DNA from: Bdellovibrionales bacterium
GTDB taxonomy: Bacteria > Bdellovibrionota > Bdellovibrionia > Bdellovibrionales > UBA1609
Direction: 5' to 3'
NCBI GenBank assembly: GCA_023301025.1
Contig: JALZUR010000021.1
Coordinates: forward strand, 1,183 to 65,182
Length of the DNA stretch: 64,000 bases
Shown: one piece after another, positions 9,698-18,864 of the stretch
Layout of the letters: every line of letters begins with the position of its first letter
Position numbering within the stretch: position 1 is the first letter of the stretch
Program-made: the position numbers and the translations under genes
The notes under the pieces: generated by a model
Told to the model about the DNA's origin: nothing
Database searches by the model: none
What the model saw: the letters and a program-made list of their open reading frames with translations, nothing else

Positions 9698-10669
9698 GTG
9701 ACCAAAGCAATCACTCAAGACATCATAACAAATAAGGGCTTTTATGTCCTAGAAAGTCCGCAGAAGGATCTCTTTTGGGGTTTACTAACTGAAGATTCGC
9801 AGGCCAATTCGGGTTCTTTTGTAGATTTTTATCAAAACGATACTATCTATCTTGAAAAACCCTTATTTACAGCTACTGAAAAGGTAATTGAATCAAAAAT
9901 AAGCCACCTAGACTTAAGGTTTAAGTCTCCAGATAAAAACTCTTATAAAAAAAGATTTACTGAATTTCAAAAGCAAAAAGAAGTTGTAAAAGCTGTTTTA
10001 TACGAAAACTTTATCGCTGAACATAGTCTTATTTTAGATGAGTATCTTTACTGTTTGGATAAGCTTTTAAAACTAAAAACTACTTTTGGTGGATACATCT
10101 ATGGCTTTTGCGATCCTAAAAACAATAGAGCCTTTTTAGGTTTAAGCCCAGAGTATCTTTTTTACACCGATAAGAATAAAAAGTGTTGGACAACTGCAGT
10201 CGCAGGAAGTCAAAAAAAATCAGAATTTATAACTTGGTCTCAAAAATTAAAAAATGAACATAAATTAGTTGAAGATGGAATCAAAGGCTCTTTGTCTGAG
10301 TCTATTGTTTTTGGTGAAGCTGAAAATAAGAACTATGGAGAGCTTGTTCATTTGCATTCAAAAGCAGAAGTTTTTGATGAATTGCTTACAGTATCTAAAA
10401 AACTTCACCCAACAGCTGCTGTAGGTACATTGCCAAATTCTAAAAATCTTGAATTGGGTCCGGAACCTAGAGGTTATTTCGGTGGATATGCTGAACTTTT
10501 AAGTGTTGAGTTTCCTTTTTCATTAGTGACTATACGTGGACTTGAATGGTCAAAAGGACAAGTTAAAGCTTCAATTGGTGGGGGTGTTTTACACGAAAGT
10601 ACTTTAGATGAAGAGTGGGCAGAGATAGCCTTTAAATGGGAGCAATTTAAAAAACTTTGGGCTTTTTAA
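9698..10669 (+). CDS. menF: Isochorismate synthase (short form)
   Basis: Chorismate-binding C-terminal half: SPEYLF, LHPTAAVGTLP, GYFGGY, IGGGVLHESTLDEEWAE. GTG start. First gene of the men operon. Confidence 0.75.
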   Translation: MTKAITQDIITNKGFYVLESPQKDLFWGLLTEDSQANSGSFVDFYQNDTIYLEKPLFTATEKVIESKISHLDLRFKSPDKNSYKKRFTEFQKQKEVVKAVLYENFIAEHSLILDEYLYCLDKLLKLKTTFGGYIYGFCDPKNNRAFLGLSPEYLFYTDKNKKCWTTAVAGSQKKSEFITWSQKLKNEHKLVEDGIKGSLSESIVFGEAENKNYGELVHLHSKAEVFDELLTVSKKLHPTAAVGTLPNSKNLELGPEPRGYFGGYAELLSVEFPFSLVTIRGLEWSKGQVKASIGGGVLHESTLDEEWAEIAFKWEQFKKLWAF

Positions 10670-10736
10670 GGATGAATCGTTATCTTATTAATATATATAG
10701 ATTACAGACCTCATATACGAGTGAATTAGGTGAATA

Positions 10737-12221
10737 GTGAAAATTGTAGAACTGCTAATTTTTTTTAAAGAACTTGGTGTAAAACATGTTGTGTGCTCTC
10801 CAGGTGGAAGATGTAGAGATCTTTTATTGGCTTTTTCTAAAAGTGAAGACTTCAGTGTAACGACTCTTTATGATGAGAGGTCTTCAGGATTTTATGCACT
10901 AGGTCGCTCAATTAAAGAGCCTACCTTAGTATTAACAACTTCAGGAACAGCAGCAACAGAATTGTTTTCAGCAATGGCTGAGTCCTATCATCAAAAAAAT
11001 TCTAAAATTATAGCCCTAACTGCAGACCGGCCTGTCGAACTAAGAGGTACTGGGGCACCTCAAACTATAGATCAAAAAAAACTTTTTGAAAGGTTTGCTA
11101 AAATTTCTGTTGATCTGACTCATGATATTTCTGATCTTAAAGATACTGTAAAAAAAACTAAATCAGATGCATTGTATCCGATGCATATTAATGTCTGCTT
11201 AAAAGAGCCTAACCCATTAAAAGTTGAGACATCAGATTTAAACTGTGGACCACTGGTTATTGTTTCCGAATTAGACAAAGACTCAAGAACTAAAATAAAA
11301 GAGGCTCTTAAAGACTATAGAGGTGCTCTTGTTTTAGAGCCTTTATCTAATTTAAAATCTAGTGATTTTCCAAAAGCCATGTATCTGCCATTTGCTGAGT
11401 CTTTTATCACTTCAAAAAGTTTAGATTCTTTTACCTCAATTTACAGATTGGGTGGTGTCCCTGTTTTAAAGGCTTGGCGAGAAGTAGAGCGCTTTAAGAG
11501 TTTTTATTGGTCCGAGGTTACGAGTTTTTCTGGAGGTTTAGGAGTTAAACCCTTAAGTTTATCAGAAATTAAAGATCAATTAGCTCAAGAACTTAAGATC
11601 TGTGGTGATATTGATATTACAAAAAAAGACATTTCTGAGTATTCGAATAAAGTGTTTAAACTTATAGATAAGTACTCAAATTCTGAAGTTTCACTTTTAA
11701 ATAAATTATCAAAAGTGATTGAAAAAGATGATGAGGTTTTTGTTGGAAATTCGCTCCCTATTCGTGAATGGGACTTTGTACAAAATAAGGACTACAAAAT
11801 TTATGGTCAAAGAGGTGTTAATGGTATTGATGGTTCATTAGCCTTTGCTTTGGGTCGATTGTCTTCAGATAAAGTAAACTGGATTGTACTTGGAGATTTA
11901 ACAAGTCTTTATAACTTTAATGACTTTCAGATTTTAGAGCACATAAAAAATACTAATGTTCGAATTGTTGTTGTTAATAATGGTGGGGGTCAAATTTTTT
12001 CTAAAGTTATAAAAAAAGATTCAGACCTATTTCTAAATGCACATACTAAATCATTTCAAAACATAGCTGATTTCTGGGATTTAAACTATGTTAATGGCTT
12101 AAAAGGAATTGAAAAAAGCTTAGACTCAAAAACCTATTCTAATCAAAGGCCAACTCTTATTGAGCTTAAACCAGACTCTTTAGAAAGTGAGTCTTTTTGG
12201 AAAGAGCTGAGTCTTATATGA
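10737..12221 (+). CDS. menD: SEPHCHC synthase (2-succinyl-5-enolpyruvyl-6-hydroxy-3-cyclohexene-1-carboxylate synthase)
   Basis: ThDP-enzyme layout: SPGGRCRDL, ERSSGFYALG, TSGTAATE, and the ThDP motif GDLTSLYNFNDF...NNGGGQIF. GTG start. Confidence 0.85.
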   Translation: MKIVELLIFFKELGVKHVVCSPGGRCRDLLLAFSKSEDFSVTTLYDERSSGFYALGRSIKEPTLVLTTSGTAATELFSAMAESYHQKNSKIIALTADRPVELRGTGAPQTIDQKKLFERFAKISVDLTHDISDLKDTVKKTKSDALYPMHINVCLKEPNPLKVETSDLNCGPLVIVSELDKDSRTKIKEALKDYRGALVLEPLSNLKSSDFPKAMYLPFAESFITSKSLDSFTSIYRLGGVPVLKAWREVERFKSFYWSEVTSFSGGLGVKPLSLSEIKDQLAQELKICGDIDITKKDISEYSNKVFKLIDKYSNSEVSLLNKLSKVIEKDDEVFVGNSLPIREWDFVQNKDYKIYGQRGVNGIDGSLAFALGRLSSDKVNWIVLGDLTSLYNFNDFQILEHIKNTNVRIVVVNNGGGQIFSKVIKKDSDLFLNAHTKSFQNIADFWDLNYVNGLKGIEKSLDSKTYSNQRPTLIELKPDSLESESFWKELSLI

Positions 12222-12910
12222 AAGCTCTATATCTTCATGGTTTTTTGGGAGATCCACAGGACATGAGTCCTTTTTTTTTAGAGGGGGTTGAGTCTTATAG
12301 CCTTAATCTTCGTACCAAACTTCTACAAAGCACAAATGTAGAAAAAGAGGTAGTTCATAAACTCAATGAAGAGCTTTTAGACTCTGGACCCTATGACTTT
12401 GCTGTTGGCTATTCTTTTGGGGGACGTGTTCTTGCAAAACTGTTAGAGAAAAACCCAAAACTTGTCAAAAAGCCTGTATTTTGTTCGGCGAGAATCACTT
12501 CATATAAAATTGAAGACTTAAAGAAAAGAGAAGCTTTTAAATTAGATCTCTTGTCTAAATTAGACAGTTCATCAAATGAGTTTTTTGCCTATTGGCAAAG
12601 CCTTGAACTTTTTGGTGGGCACAATATGAACGACTTCAGAAAAAATTTTAACATCAAATATAGCCCATGGAATACAGATGAGATAAAAAAATACTTAAAG
12701 GTCCACTTTACGTATGAAACTCCTAAACTTGATAGCTTTAAAAATAAATCTATTTACACTTATGGAGAGTTAGATTCAAAGTATAAAAAAGAGTGTGAAA
12801 AACTTAATATGAAAAGCTATGAATTTAAAGGCTTAGGGCATAGATTTTTATACGAAGACCCAGAAAAGTTTAAAAATTATTTAAAAAATAAGGTAGCCTT
12901 AAACTTATGA
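12218..12910 (+). CDS. menH: SHCHC synthase (alpha/beta hydrolase)
   Basis: YLHGFLGDPQD and nucleophile elbow GYSFGG. ATG 12218 forms an ATGA overlap with the menD stop. Position within the men operon supports the call. Confidence 0.7.
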   Translation: MKALYLHGFLGDPQDMSPFFLEGVESYSLNLRTKLLQSTNVEKEVVHKLNEELLDSGPYDFAVGYSFGGRVLAKLLEKNPKLVKKPVFCSARITSYKIEDLKKREAFKLDLLSKLDSSSNEFFAYWQSLELFGGHNMNDFRKNFNIKYSPWNTDEIKKYLKVHFTYETPKLDSFKNKSIYTYGELDSKYKKECEKLNMKSYEFKGLGHRFLYEDPEKFKNYLKNKVALNL

Positions 12911-13788
12911 AGACACTGCACCAAGTACTACTTGCCACTCGACCTAAAACTCTCTTAGCAATTGTAGGTCCATTGGTTTTATCTGCAGGTCTTATAAAGT
13001 TTTATACTGGAAGTTTTTATGTGTATTTAATACTGATGGCACTTCTTTCGGCTACTTGTATACAAATTGCCACTAATTTTTTCAATGATGCTTTAGATGG
13101 AGAACAGCTTAGAGACACTAAAGATCGTTTGGGTCCTGAAAGGTTTTCATCAACAGATAAAAAATTTTTAAAACTCATAAAAACTTTGGCTTTTGTTTTT
13201 TTAGCTTTAGCTTTTTTATTTGGTCTAATCCTTGTAAAAAAAGGTGGATTAGTTGTTCTTTTAATTGGGATTCCTGCACTTTTTCTAGCTTATCTGTACA
13301 CAGGCACACGTTTTTCTTTATCAACAAATGGTATTGCTGATGGCTTTGTTGTTTTCTACTTTGGCGTTGTTCCTGTTTGGACAATGTTTTATATTGTTAC
13401 TGGTGCAATGTCTTTTTATGCCGCTTTAATTGGTTTTCAGTGTGGTTTATTAGCCAACACTCTCTTAGTCGTAAACAACCTAAGAGACCAATATGAAGAT
13501 GAAAAGACTTTAAAAAAAACACTAGTTGTACGATTTGGTAGGACTTTTGCCTTAGGTCTTTTGTTTGTTTGTTTTTTTACACCATATTTTGTAAATATTT
13601 ACTGGCTTAAAAGTGAATTTTTTAGAGCAGGTCTTTGGAGTTTTTCAACTTTACCCATTGCAATTATGTTGTTCTATTTGGTTTACACTACAAAGCCATC
13701 AAAAATCTATAATGTTTATCTAGGCCTTTGTTCTTTAAATCTATTAGCTTTTTGTACACTCTTTTCATTAGGACTGATCTCTTCGTGA
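12907..13788 (+). CDS. menA: 1,4-dihydroxy-2-naphthoate polyprenyltransferase
   Basis: UbiA-family polytopic protein with NFFNDALDG and NNLRDQYEDEK motifs. ATGA overlap with menH. Confidence 0.9.
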   Translation: MKTLHQVLLATRPKTLLAIVGPLVLSAGLIKFYTGSFYVYLILMALLSATCIQIATNFFNDALDGEQLRDTKDRLGPERFSSTDKKFLKLIKTLAFVFLALAFLFGLILVKKGGLVVLLIGIPALFLAYLYTGTRFSLSTNGIADGFVVFYFGVVPVWTMFYIVTGAMSFYAALIGFQCGLLANTLLVVNNLRDQYEDEKTLKKTLVVRFGRTFALGLLFVCFFTPYFVNIYWLKSEFFRAGLWSFSTLPIAIMLFYLVYTTKPSKIYNVYLGLCSLNLLAFCTLFSLGLISS

Positions 13789-14657
13789 ATATTTATTACA
13801 CTTTATATGAGCTTAAGAATAAATCTTTTAAGGCTAAGCATGTCAGTCATAAAGGTGTGCTTCTTTGTTTTGAAGAGAAAAATGAATTGAGTTATAGTCT
13901 TTACCATCCTATTGAAAGTTTAGGGGATATTCCTGTTAAAGATTTTCTTAAAAATTGTAAAATCTTAACATCTGATAAAGGACAGCTTAGAAGAGTAAAA
14001 GATCTGGCTTTAAGAGAGTCTTTTAAAACTGAAATTTTTGTTGATACTTACGATCAAGTAGCAGACCTTAAAGCTGCAGAAGAATCAAAAAGTAAACTAA
14101 TAAAACTAAAGACGACTTCTGTTAAAGATCTTATTGACAAGTTTAATTTTGATACAGAAAAGACTTTTATACTTGATCCTAATGGCAGTTGGTCTGAGTC
14201 TGATTTTGAAACTCTTGAGAAGAGTAAGATTTCTGATCATATAAAGTATATTGAAGACCCTGTTCTAAATAAGAAGTTTAAATCTAAAAATAAATCTCAT
14301 TCTCAGCTTGAGTTTAAGATTAAAATAGCATCTGATTTTATTGAGTATGATACATGTGACTATAATATCATTAAACCAACAGGTTTTTGCCATAAGTTAA
14401 AAGATAGTTCAACACACCCCTTTGTAGTGACTACATACTTAGACCACCCACTTGGTCAGATTATCGCAGCACTTTTTGCAAGAAATAAAGGTGTCAAAGA
14501 AGCCTGCGGGTTAATGTCTCACAGACTGTTTGATATTAATATATATTCTGAAATGTTTAACGATAGCAATATCAATAAAAACAATGAGAAATTTATATTC
14601 TCTGACTTTGAAAATTTATTTAAATTATTAAAAAAAGAAAATTGGAAAAAAATTTAA
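13785..14657 (+). CDS. menC: o-succinylbenzoate synthase (enolase superfamily)
   Basis: KxK motif LIKLKT and metal ligands in ILDPNGSW and YIEDP; IIKP. Proposed GTG start forms a GTGA overlap with the menA stop. The exact start is uncertain. Confidence 0.7.
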   Translation: MNIYYTLYELKNKSFKAKHVSHKGVLLCFEEKNELSYSLYHPIESLGDIPVKDFLKNCKILTSDKGQLRRVKDLALRESFKTEIFVDTYDQVADLKAAEESKSKLIKLKTTSVKDLIDKFNFDTEKTFILDPNGSWSESDFETLEKSKISDHIKYIEDPVLNKKFKSKNKSHSQLEFKIKIASDFIEYDTCDYNIIKPTGFCHKLKDSSTHPFVVTTYLDHPLGQIIAALFARNKGVKEACGLMSHRLFDINIYSEMFNDSNINKNNEKFIFSDFENLFKLLKKENWKKI

Positions 14658-15773
14658 ATGAAAGAAAGATCAAAATTAAATACAATTACTGAATATAGAA
14701 GTTTTGTTCAATCTGTGACAGTTCCAGATTTATATTTAGTTTCTAATTTTGATGATATCAGATCTTTGATAGAATCTTTTGATGTACAAGATACTCAAAA
14801 CAAACATGAATCTTACTATTTATTGTCCACTTCTGGTTCTGAGAAAAAAAAATACGTTCTCCATACATCTTCTAGTATAAAAAATGCCACTGAATCTTTT
14901 TTAAAAACTCACCCTTTAAACTCTAATGATCGTTGGTGGCTGAGTCTTTCAACACATCATGTGGCAGGTTTTTCAATATTAGCAAGGTCTTACTTTGCTA
15001 ATATTAAGCCTCCTTATGAAAAAGAGTTTGTTTTAAACAATATAATTATAGAACAAGAAAAAATAAGTCTACTTTCGCTTGTTCCTACACAAATTTTTGA
15101 TATCGTTTCGAAGTCTTTAAAAGCCCCAACATCACTTAAGTATGTTTTTGTAGGCGGAGCTCCTTTAAGCAAAGGCTTATTCTTAAAAGCTAAAAGCTTG
15201 GGATGGCCAATTGTTCCTTGTTTTGGTGCTACAGAAACGTTTGCTCAATTCTCTTCATCATCTGATAACTCCTCTTATAGTGTTTTTGATGATTGGAGCT
15301 TAAAAACAAACTCTGAGAATGAGCTGATGGTTTCAGGTCCAGGGCTCTATGATTCAGAGGTTTTCCCTGATGGTAAAATAGTTAAACGTCAGAGCGCTTG
15401 GTGCAACCTTAAGGATAAAGTTTCTGTTGAGGGTCAAAAATTTATCTTTTTAAAAAGAAATGATGATTTTTATAAACAAAAGGGTTCTTTTAAAAGCTTT
15501 TCTGAAGTTTTGAAGAAATTTGAAACCTTATGTATTGAATTCAATATTAATCCAATGAAAGTTTTTGTTGTTGTTTTAGAAGAAGAGCGCTCAGGTGCTG
15601 GTTTGTACTTAATAAGCTCTGATTTAGAAGCTTCAAACAAAATACTAGACTCCTTAGATGATCTAAGGGGAGTTTTTCTTTTTAAAGAAATAAGTTTTTT
15701 AAAAAGTGAGATTCACAAACCAGTTAAGGCTAAGATTGAAGATGTTTTGCAAAGGACTCTTTTATTTTTGTAG
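14658..15773 (+). CDS. menE: o-succinylbenzoate--CoA ligase-like adenylating enzyme (short, degenerate P-loop)
   Basis: AMP-binding-like motifs LSTSGSEKKKYVLHT (versus TSGTTGxPK) and GATET. The start immediately follows the menC stop (TAAATG). Only 371 aa. Confidence 0.6.
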   Translation: MKERSKLNTITEYRSFVQSVTVPDLYLVSNFDDIRSLIESFDVQDTQNKHESYYLLSTSGSEKKKYVLHTSSSIKNATESFLKTHPLNSNDRWWLSLSTHHVAGFSILARSYFANIKPPYEKEFVLNNIIIEQEKISLLSLVPTQIFDIVSKSLKAPTSLKYVFVGGAPLSKGLFLKAKSLGWPIVPCFGATETFAQFSSSSDNSSYSVFDDWSLKTNSENELMVSGPGLYDSEVFPDGKIVKRQSAWCNLKDKVSVEGQKFIFLKRNDDFYKQKGSFKSFSEVLKKFETLCIEFNINPMKVFVVVLEEERSGAGLYLISSDLEASNKILDSLDDLRGVFLFKEISFLKSEIHKPVKAKIEDVLQRTLLFL

Positions 15774-16134
15774 GTACATTCATTTTTTCTCTTTTTTCAG
15801 AGTCTACAAAACAGTGTGTCACTTCTGTTGTTACATGATTGATCTTATTTTCATCTTCAACTTCAAATAAAAAAGTTACTGTAGAGTCGCCAATATGCTT
15901 GATTTTTAAATTAGCTTTATAAGTTTTACCAAAAGCAAGAGGTCTGTTGTAGCTCGTTTTTAAGCCTCTTATGGGTGCGCCGTAGCTTTTTTTAAACCAA
16001 TCTTCCCAGCTTATATCAAAGGCATCAATGTGGTTCTCAAGAAATTGATGGTAGATTTCATACAAAGAACCAAAAAAAAGTATCTTTGCGGGGTCACACA
16101 GATGAAAAGGAATCTTAATAGTACTGGTAAACAT
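15730..16134 (-). CDS. Hotdog-fold (4HBT/YbgC-type) thioesterase, candidate DHNA-CoA hydrolase
   Basis: 134 aa with an N-terminus typical of 4HBT thioesterases (FHLCDPAKILFFGSLYEIY). Adjacent to the men genes. Its 3' end overlaps the menE 3' end. Confidence 0.6.
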   Translation of the reverse strand: MFTSTIKIPFHLCDPAKILFFGSLYEIYHQFLENHIDAFDISWEDWFKKSYGAPIRGLKTSYNRPLAFGKTYKANLKIKHIGDSTVTFLFEVEDENKINHVTTEVTHCFVDSEKREKMNVPTKIKESFAKHLQS

Positions 16135-16249
16135 AGTTACACGCTAAAAAGACTTTTTAATAATGTCTAGTGTAAATCTGTGGTTTACCAAGATGAGTGT
16201 TGTTTTAGTTTTATTTTGACTCAGAATTTTGCTAGTAGATAATTCTATT

Positions 16250-17179
16250 ATGAATATTAGTTTTAAGTCCATTGATGCAGGTATACCACCTAGTCTAAAA
16301 AAAATGAGAGATTTATACTCTGATCTATTTTCTGACGGAAAACAGTATCGTGGCGCATTGGTTCAGATGCTTTCTGATGAAATAGGTTTGAGTGAAGACA
16401 AGGCTAATGTCTTGTCCAGAACAGCTGAATTCATTCATAACTCATCACTTCTTCATGATGATGTTTTAGACAATTCCACTCTACGAAGAGGGAAAACTGC
16501 GGCTTGGAAAAAGTATGGAGGAAGTTACGCCATACTTGCTGGGGACTATTTACTTGCTCGAGTGATTAAAGATTTATGTGTTCTTTCTCACCTTGAAATA
16601 ATCGAGTATACAAGTGAAACAATTTTGGAACTTATTGAAGGTGAATGGCTTCAAGATGAAAATTTTAAAAAAATTGATATTAAAGAAGATCGTATTAAAG
16701 AGGTTCACCGGCTTAAAACAGGGGCTCTGTTTTCATGGTGTTTTAAAGCTCCTTTTCTTCTAAGCGATAAAAGCAAGAGTGATGTAATACGTGCCTATAA
16801 AGTTGGTGAAATTTTTGGTCATTTGCTTCAAAGAAGTGATGACCTTCTAGATTTCGATATAAGAAATTTTGAAAATAAAGAATTTTTTAAAGATCTTCCT
16901 TCTGGAAATTTAAATCTTTTTGCTTTTAATATGATCAAAGATAAAGAACAAAACGATAAGGCTTATAGTTTTAAAACTATGAATGACTTTTTAGAGTTTT
17001 ACAGCATTGATCTTACAGCTGAAGTTAAAAAATTTGATAGCCAAAGTTTAGAAATGATTTTAGAGCTTCAAAATTTAATTGATGAATTTGATGATTTCTC
17101 AAAAGAGTTTAAAGAAAATTTAAAGGTAATGAGCCAACTCATATACTGGCGAACGTCAGATAAATCCCAAAGATATTAA
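16250..17179 (+). CDS. Long-chain polyprenyl diphosphate synthase
   Basis: First Asp-rich motif LLHDDVLD and second Asp-rich motif SDDLLDF, plus GKTAAWKKYGG. The start is ambiguous (ATG 16250 or TTG 16229). Confidence 0.85.
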   Translation: MNISFKSIDAGIPPSLKKMRDLYSDLFSDGKQYRGALVQMLSDEIGLSEDKANVLSRTAEFIHNSSLLHDDVLDNSTLRRGKTAAWKKYGGSYAILAGDYLLARVIKDLCVLSHLEIIEYTSETILELIEGEWLQDENFKKIDIKEDRIKEVHRLKTGALFSWCFKAPFLLSDKSKSDVIRAYKVGEIFGHLLQRSDDLLDFDIRNFENKEFFKDLPSGNLNLFAFNMIKDKEQNDKAYSFKTMNDFLEFYSIDLTAEVKKFDSQSLEMILELQNLIDEFDDFSKEFKENLKVMSQLIYWRTSDKSQRY

Positions 17180-17238
17180 GTATAAATGAATTTTAAAAGA
17201 CTCCGTAATCACATGAATCTAAAAAATATAAAGTTTAT

Positions 17239-18030
17239 ATGAGTTTAAAAGTTTTTAATTTTTTAGATTTAGGCGTTGAAAAAAATATTAGTAATGAGTT
17301 AAAAAAATCTCTAATTCATAAACAAAAAACACAAGATTTTGATCTTAGCCTTAAAGATAATAAACTAACAGTTGAAATAGCTGATCAGACTTACTCATGT
17401 GATTTTTTAAACCCTAAGTATATTATTGAAGTTAAACAAAACTACTCAAGATCAGAAAGCGTGTATAGTTTTTTAAAAACTATCGCTAAAGGGTCTAGTA
17501 AAAAACGTTTAAAAATTTTAGATTTAACCGCAGGTTTTGGAAGAGATCTTTTCAAATTTGTTTTAGCGGGGCATGAGGTTATTGCCTTTGAAAAAGATCC
17601 TTTAGTTTTCAGTCTTTTAAAGGACGGTTCAAATCGGTTTTTTTCCTCAGATAAGCTTAGTCTTTATAAAAAAGAGTTTAGATTAGAAAATAATTTTTCT
17701 TTGGAACTAATGTATAAAGATTCTAATCTCTTTTTAGAGGAGTCACTTTTAGAGCAAGCTAATGATACAGATTTAAAAGTTTATGATTTAATTTACTTTG
17801 ATCCTATGTTTGATGATAAACAAAAAAAAGCAGCTCCAAAAAAACACATGCAAATAATTAAAAAAAGTCTTTTAACACACCCTGAGAACGTCCAAAAGGA
17901 AGATGTGATTGAAAAATGTTTAAAAATTTCTAACACAGTTGTTTTAAAGTCTTCAAAGTATGACGGCAAAAAAATTAAAGCTCAAAAAATATTTTCATTT
18001 AAAGGCTTTAACTACTACTTATTTAAATAA
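17239..18030 (+). CDS. rsmJ: 16S rRNA m2G1516 methyltransferase-like SAM-dependent methyltransferase
   Basis: ILDLTAGFGRDLF and LIYFDPMFDDKQKKAAPKKHMQ match the RsmJ signatures as I recall them (DATAGLGRD, YLDPMFP...K..K). Confidence 0.7.
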   Translation: MSLKVFNFLDLGVEKNISNELKKSLIHKQKTQDFDLSLKDNKLTVEIADQTYSCDFLNPKYIIEVKQNYSRSESVYSFLKTIAKGSSKKRLKILDLTAGFGRDLFKFVLAGHEVIAFEKDPLVFSLLKDGSNRFFSSDKLSLYKKEFRLENNFSLELMYKDSNLFLEESLLEQANDTDLKVYDLIYFDPMFDDKQKKAAPKKHMQIIKKSLLTHPENVQKEDVIEKCLKISNTVVLKSSKYDGKKIKAQKIFSFKGFNYYLFK

Positions 18031-18039
18031 ATAAATAAA

Positions 18040-18792
18040 TTAATGATTAACCGCAGAGTATTTAAAAGTTTCTAAAGCTTTTATACCTTGAAGTTCCATT
18101 ATAGCGAGTTTCACTGTTTCTGAACAGTTTCTACCATCTGTCAAAAATATATATTTTTTTAGGTCTTTTAAAGCTTCGTTGTAGTTAAGAAGATCTTTGT
18201 TTGTAATTCCACGTCTTGCAAGCCACTCAACATCTCTTGGATCATAATTGATAAGAAAGGTCTGTGCTTTTCTAAGATTTATTAAATCATTTTGATTACG
18301 ATAAAAATTTGTTACTTGTTCATAAAAAAACTTTACAAAGTCTTGCAAGGTAAAATGTTTTGAATTGTCACACATCAAAAGTGCTCTGTGCTCTTCCTTG
18401 CTTAAAAATCTTTTCTCTAAAGAAGAATAAGCTGTTTTTAAAGATATAAGGCAGTAGTATTGATCTCCATTTTTAACAACAGAAGCCCTTGTGGGGGCTC
18501 CATCTCGACATTTTAAAGACATCGCCAAGGTTAAAAACTCTGGCCATAAAAATTTTTTGCTTTCTTTTGAGACTGCCGTCACTTTTTTACAAAGCTCTTC
18601 ATAGGCAGAAATTACTGTTTTAGTGCTTGTAAAAAAACTTTCACAGTTCCCTAGTTTTAGAAAATTTTCATCACTTAGACACGAGCCTAGTGCAAAGGCT
18701 GGTTTTTTTGTAATAAAATCACAGTTATAATGCTTCATATTTTGGCCCATTGCTCCCCCCAGAGTAATTAGGTCGTAGTATTCTATCCCCAT
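18040..18792 (-). CDS. Hypothetical cytoplasmic Cys-rich protein
   Basis: Long ORF with 8 Cys, no signal peptide and no recognised domain. ATG 18792 is preferred over ORF-track TTG 18828; neither has a clear RBS. Confidence 0.45.
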   Translation of the reverse strand: MGIEYYDLITLGGAMGQNMKHYNCDFITKKPAFALGSCLSDENFLKLGNCESFFTSTKTVISAYEELCKKVTAVSKESKKFLWPEFLTLAMSLKCRDGAPTRASVVKNGDQYYCLISLKTAYSSLEKRFLSKEEHRALLMCDNSKHFTLQDFVKFFYEQVTNFYRNQNDLINLRKAQTFLINYDPRDVEWLARRGITNKDLLNYNEALKDLKKYIFLTDGRNCSETVKLAIMELQGIKALETFKYSAVNH

Positions 18793-18864
18793 TATATTTT
18801 TATGTGTTTGCCTTTGACTCTGCAACAAGAACTAATTTAAATTGAAAAAAATTTAGGACTTATA

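Noticed and set aside
18025-18040. (AAAT)4 microsatellite between rsmJ and the convergent orphan gene
   Set aside because: It is only four units in an AT-rich genome. It merely supplies the stop codons of both convergent genes, and there is no indication of phase-variable coding consequences.
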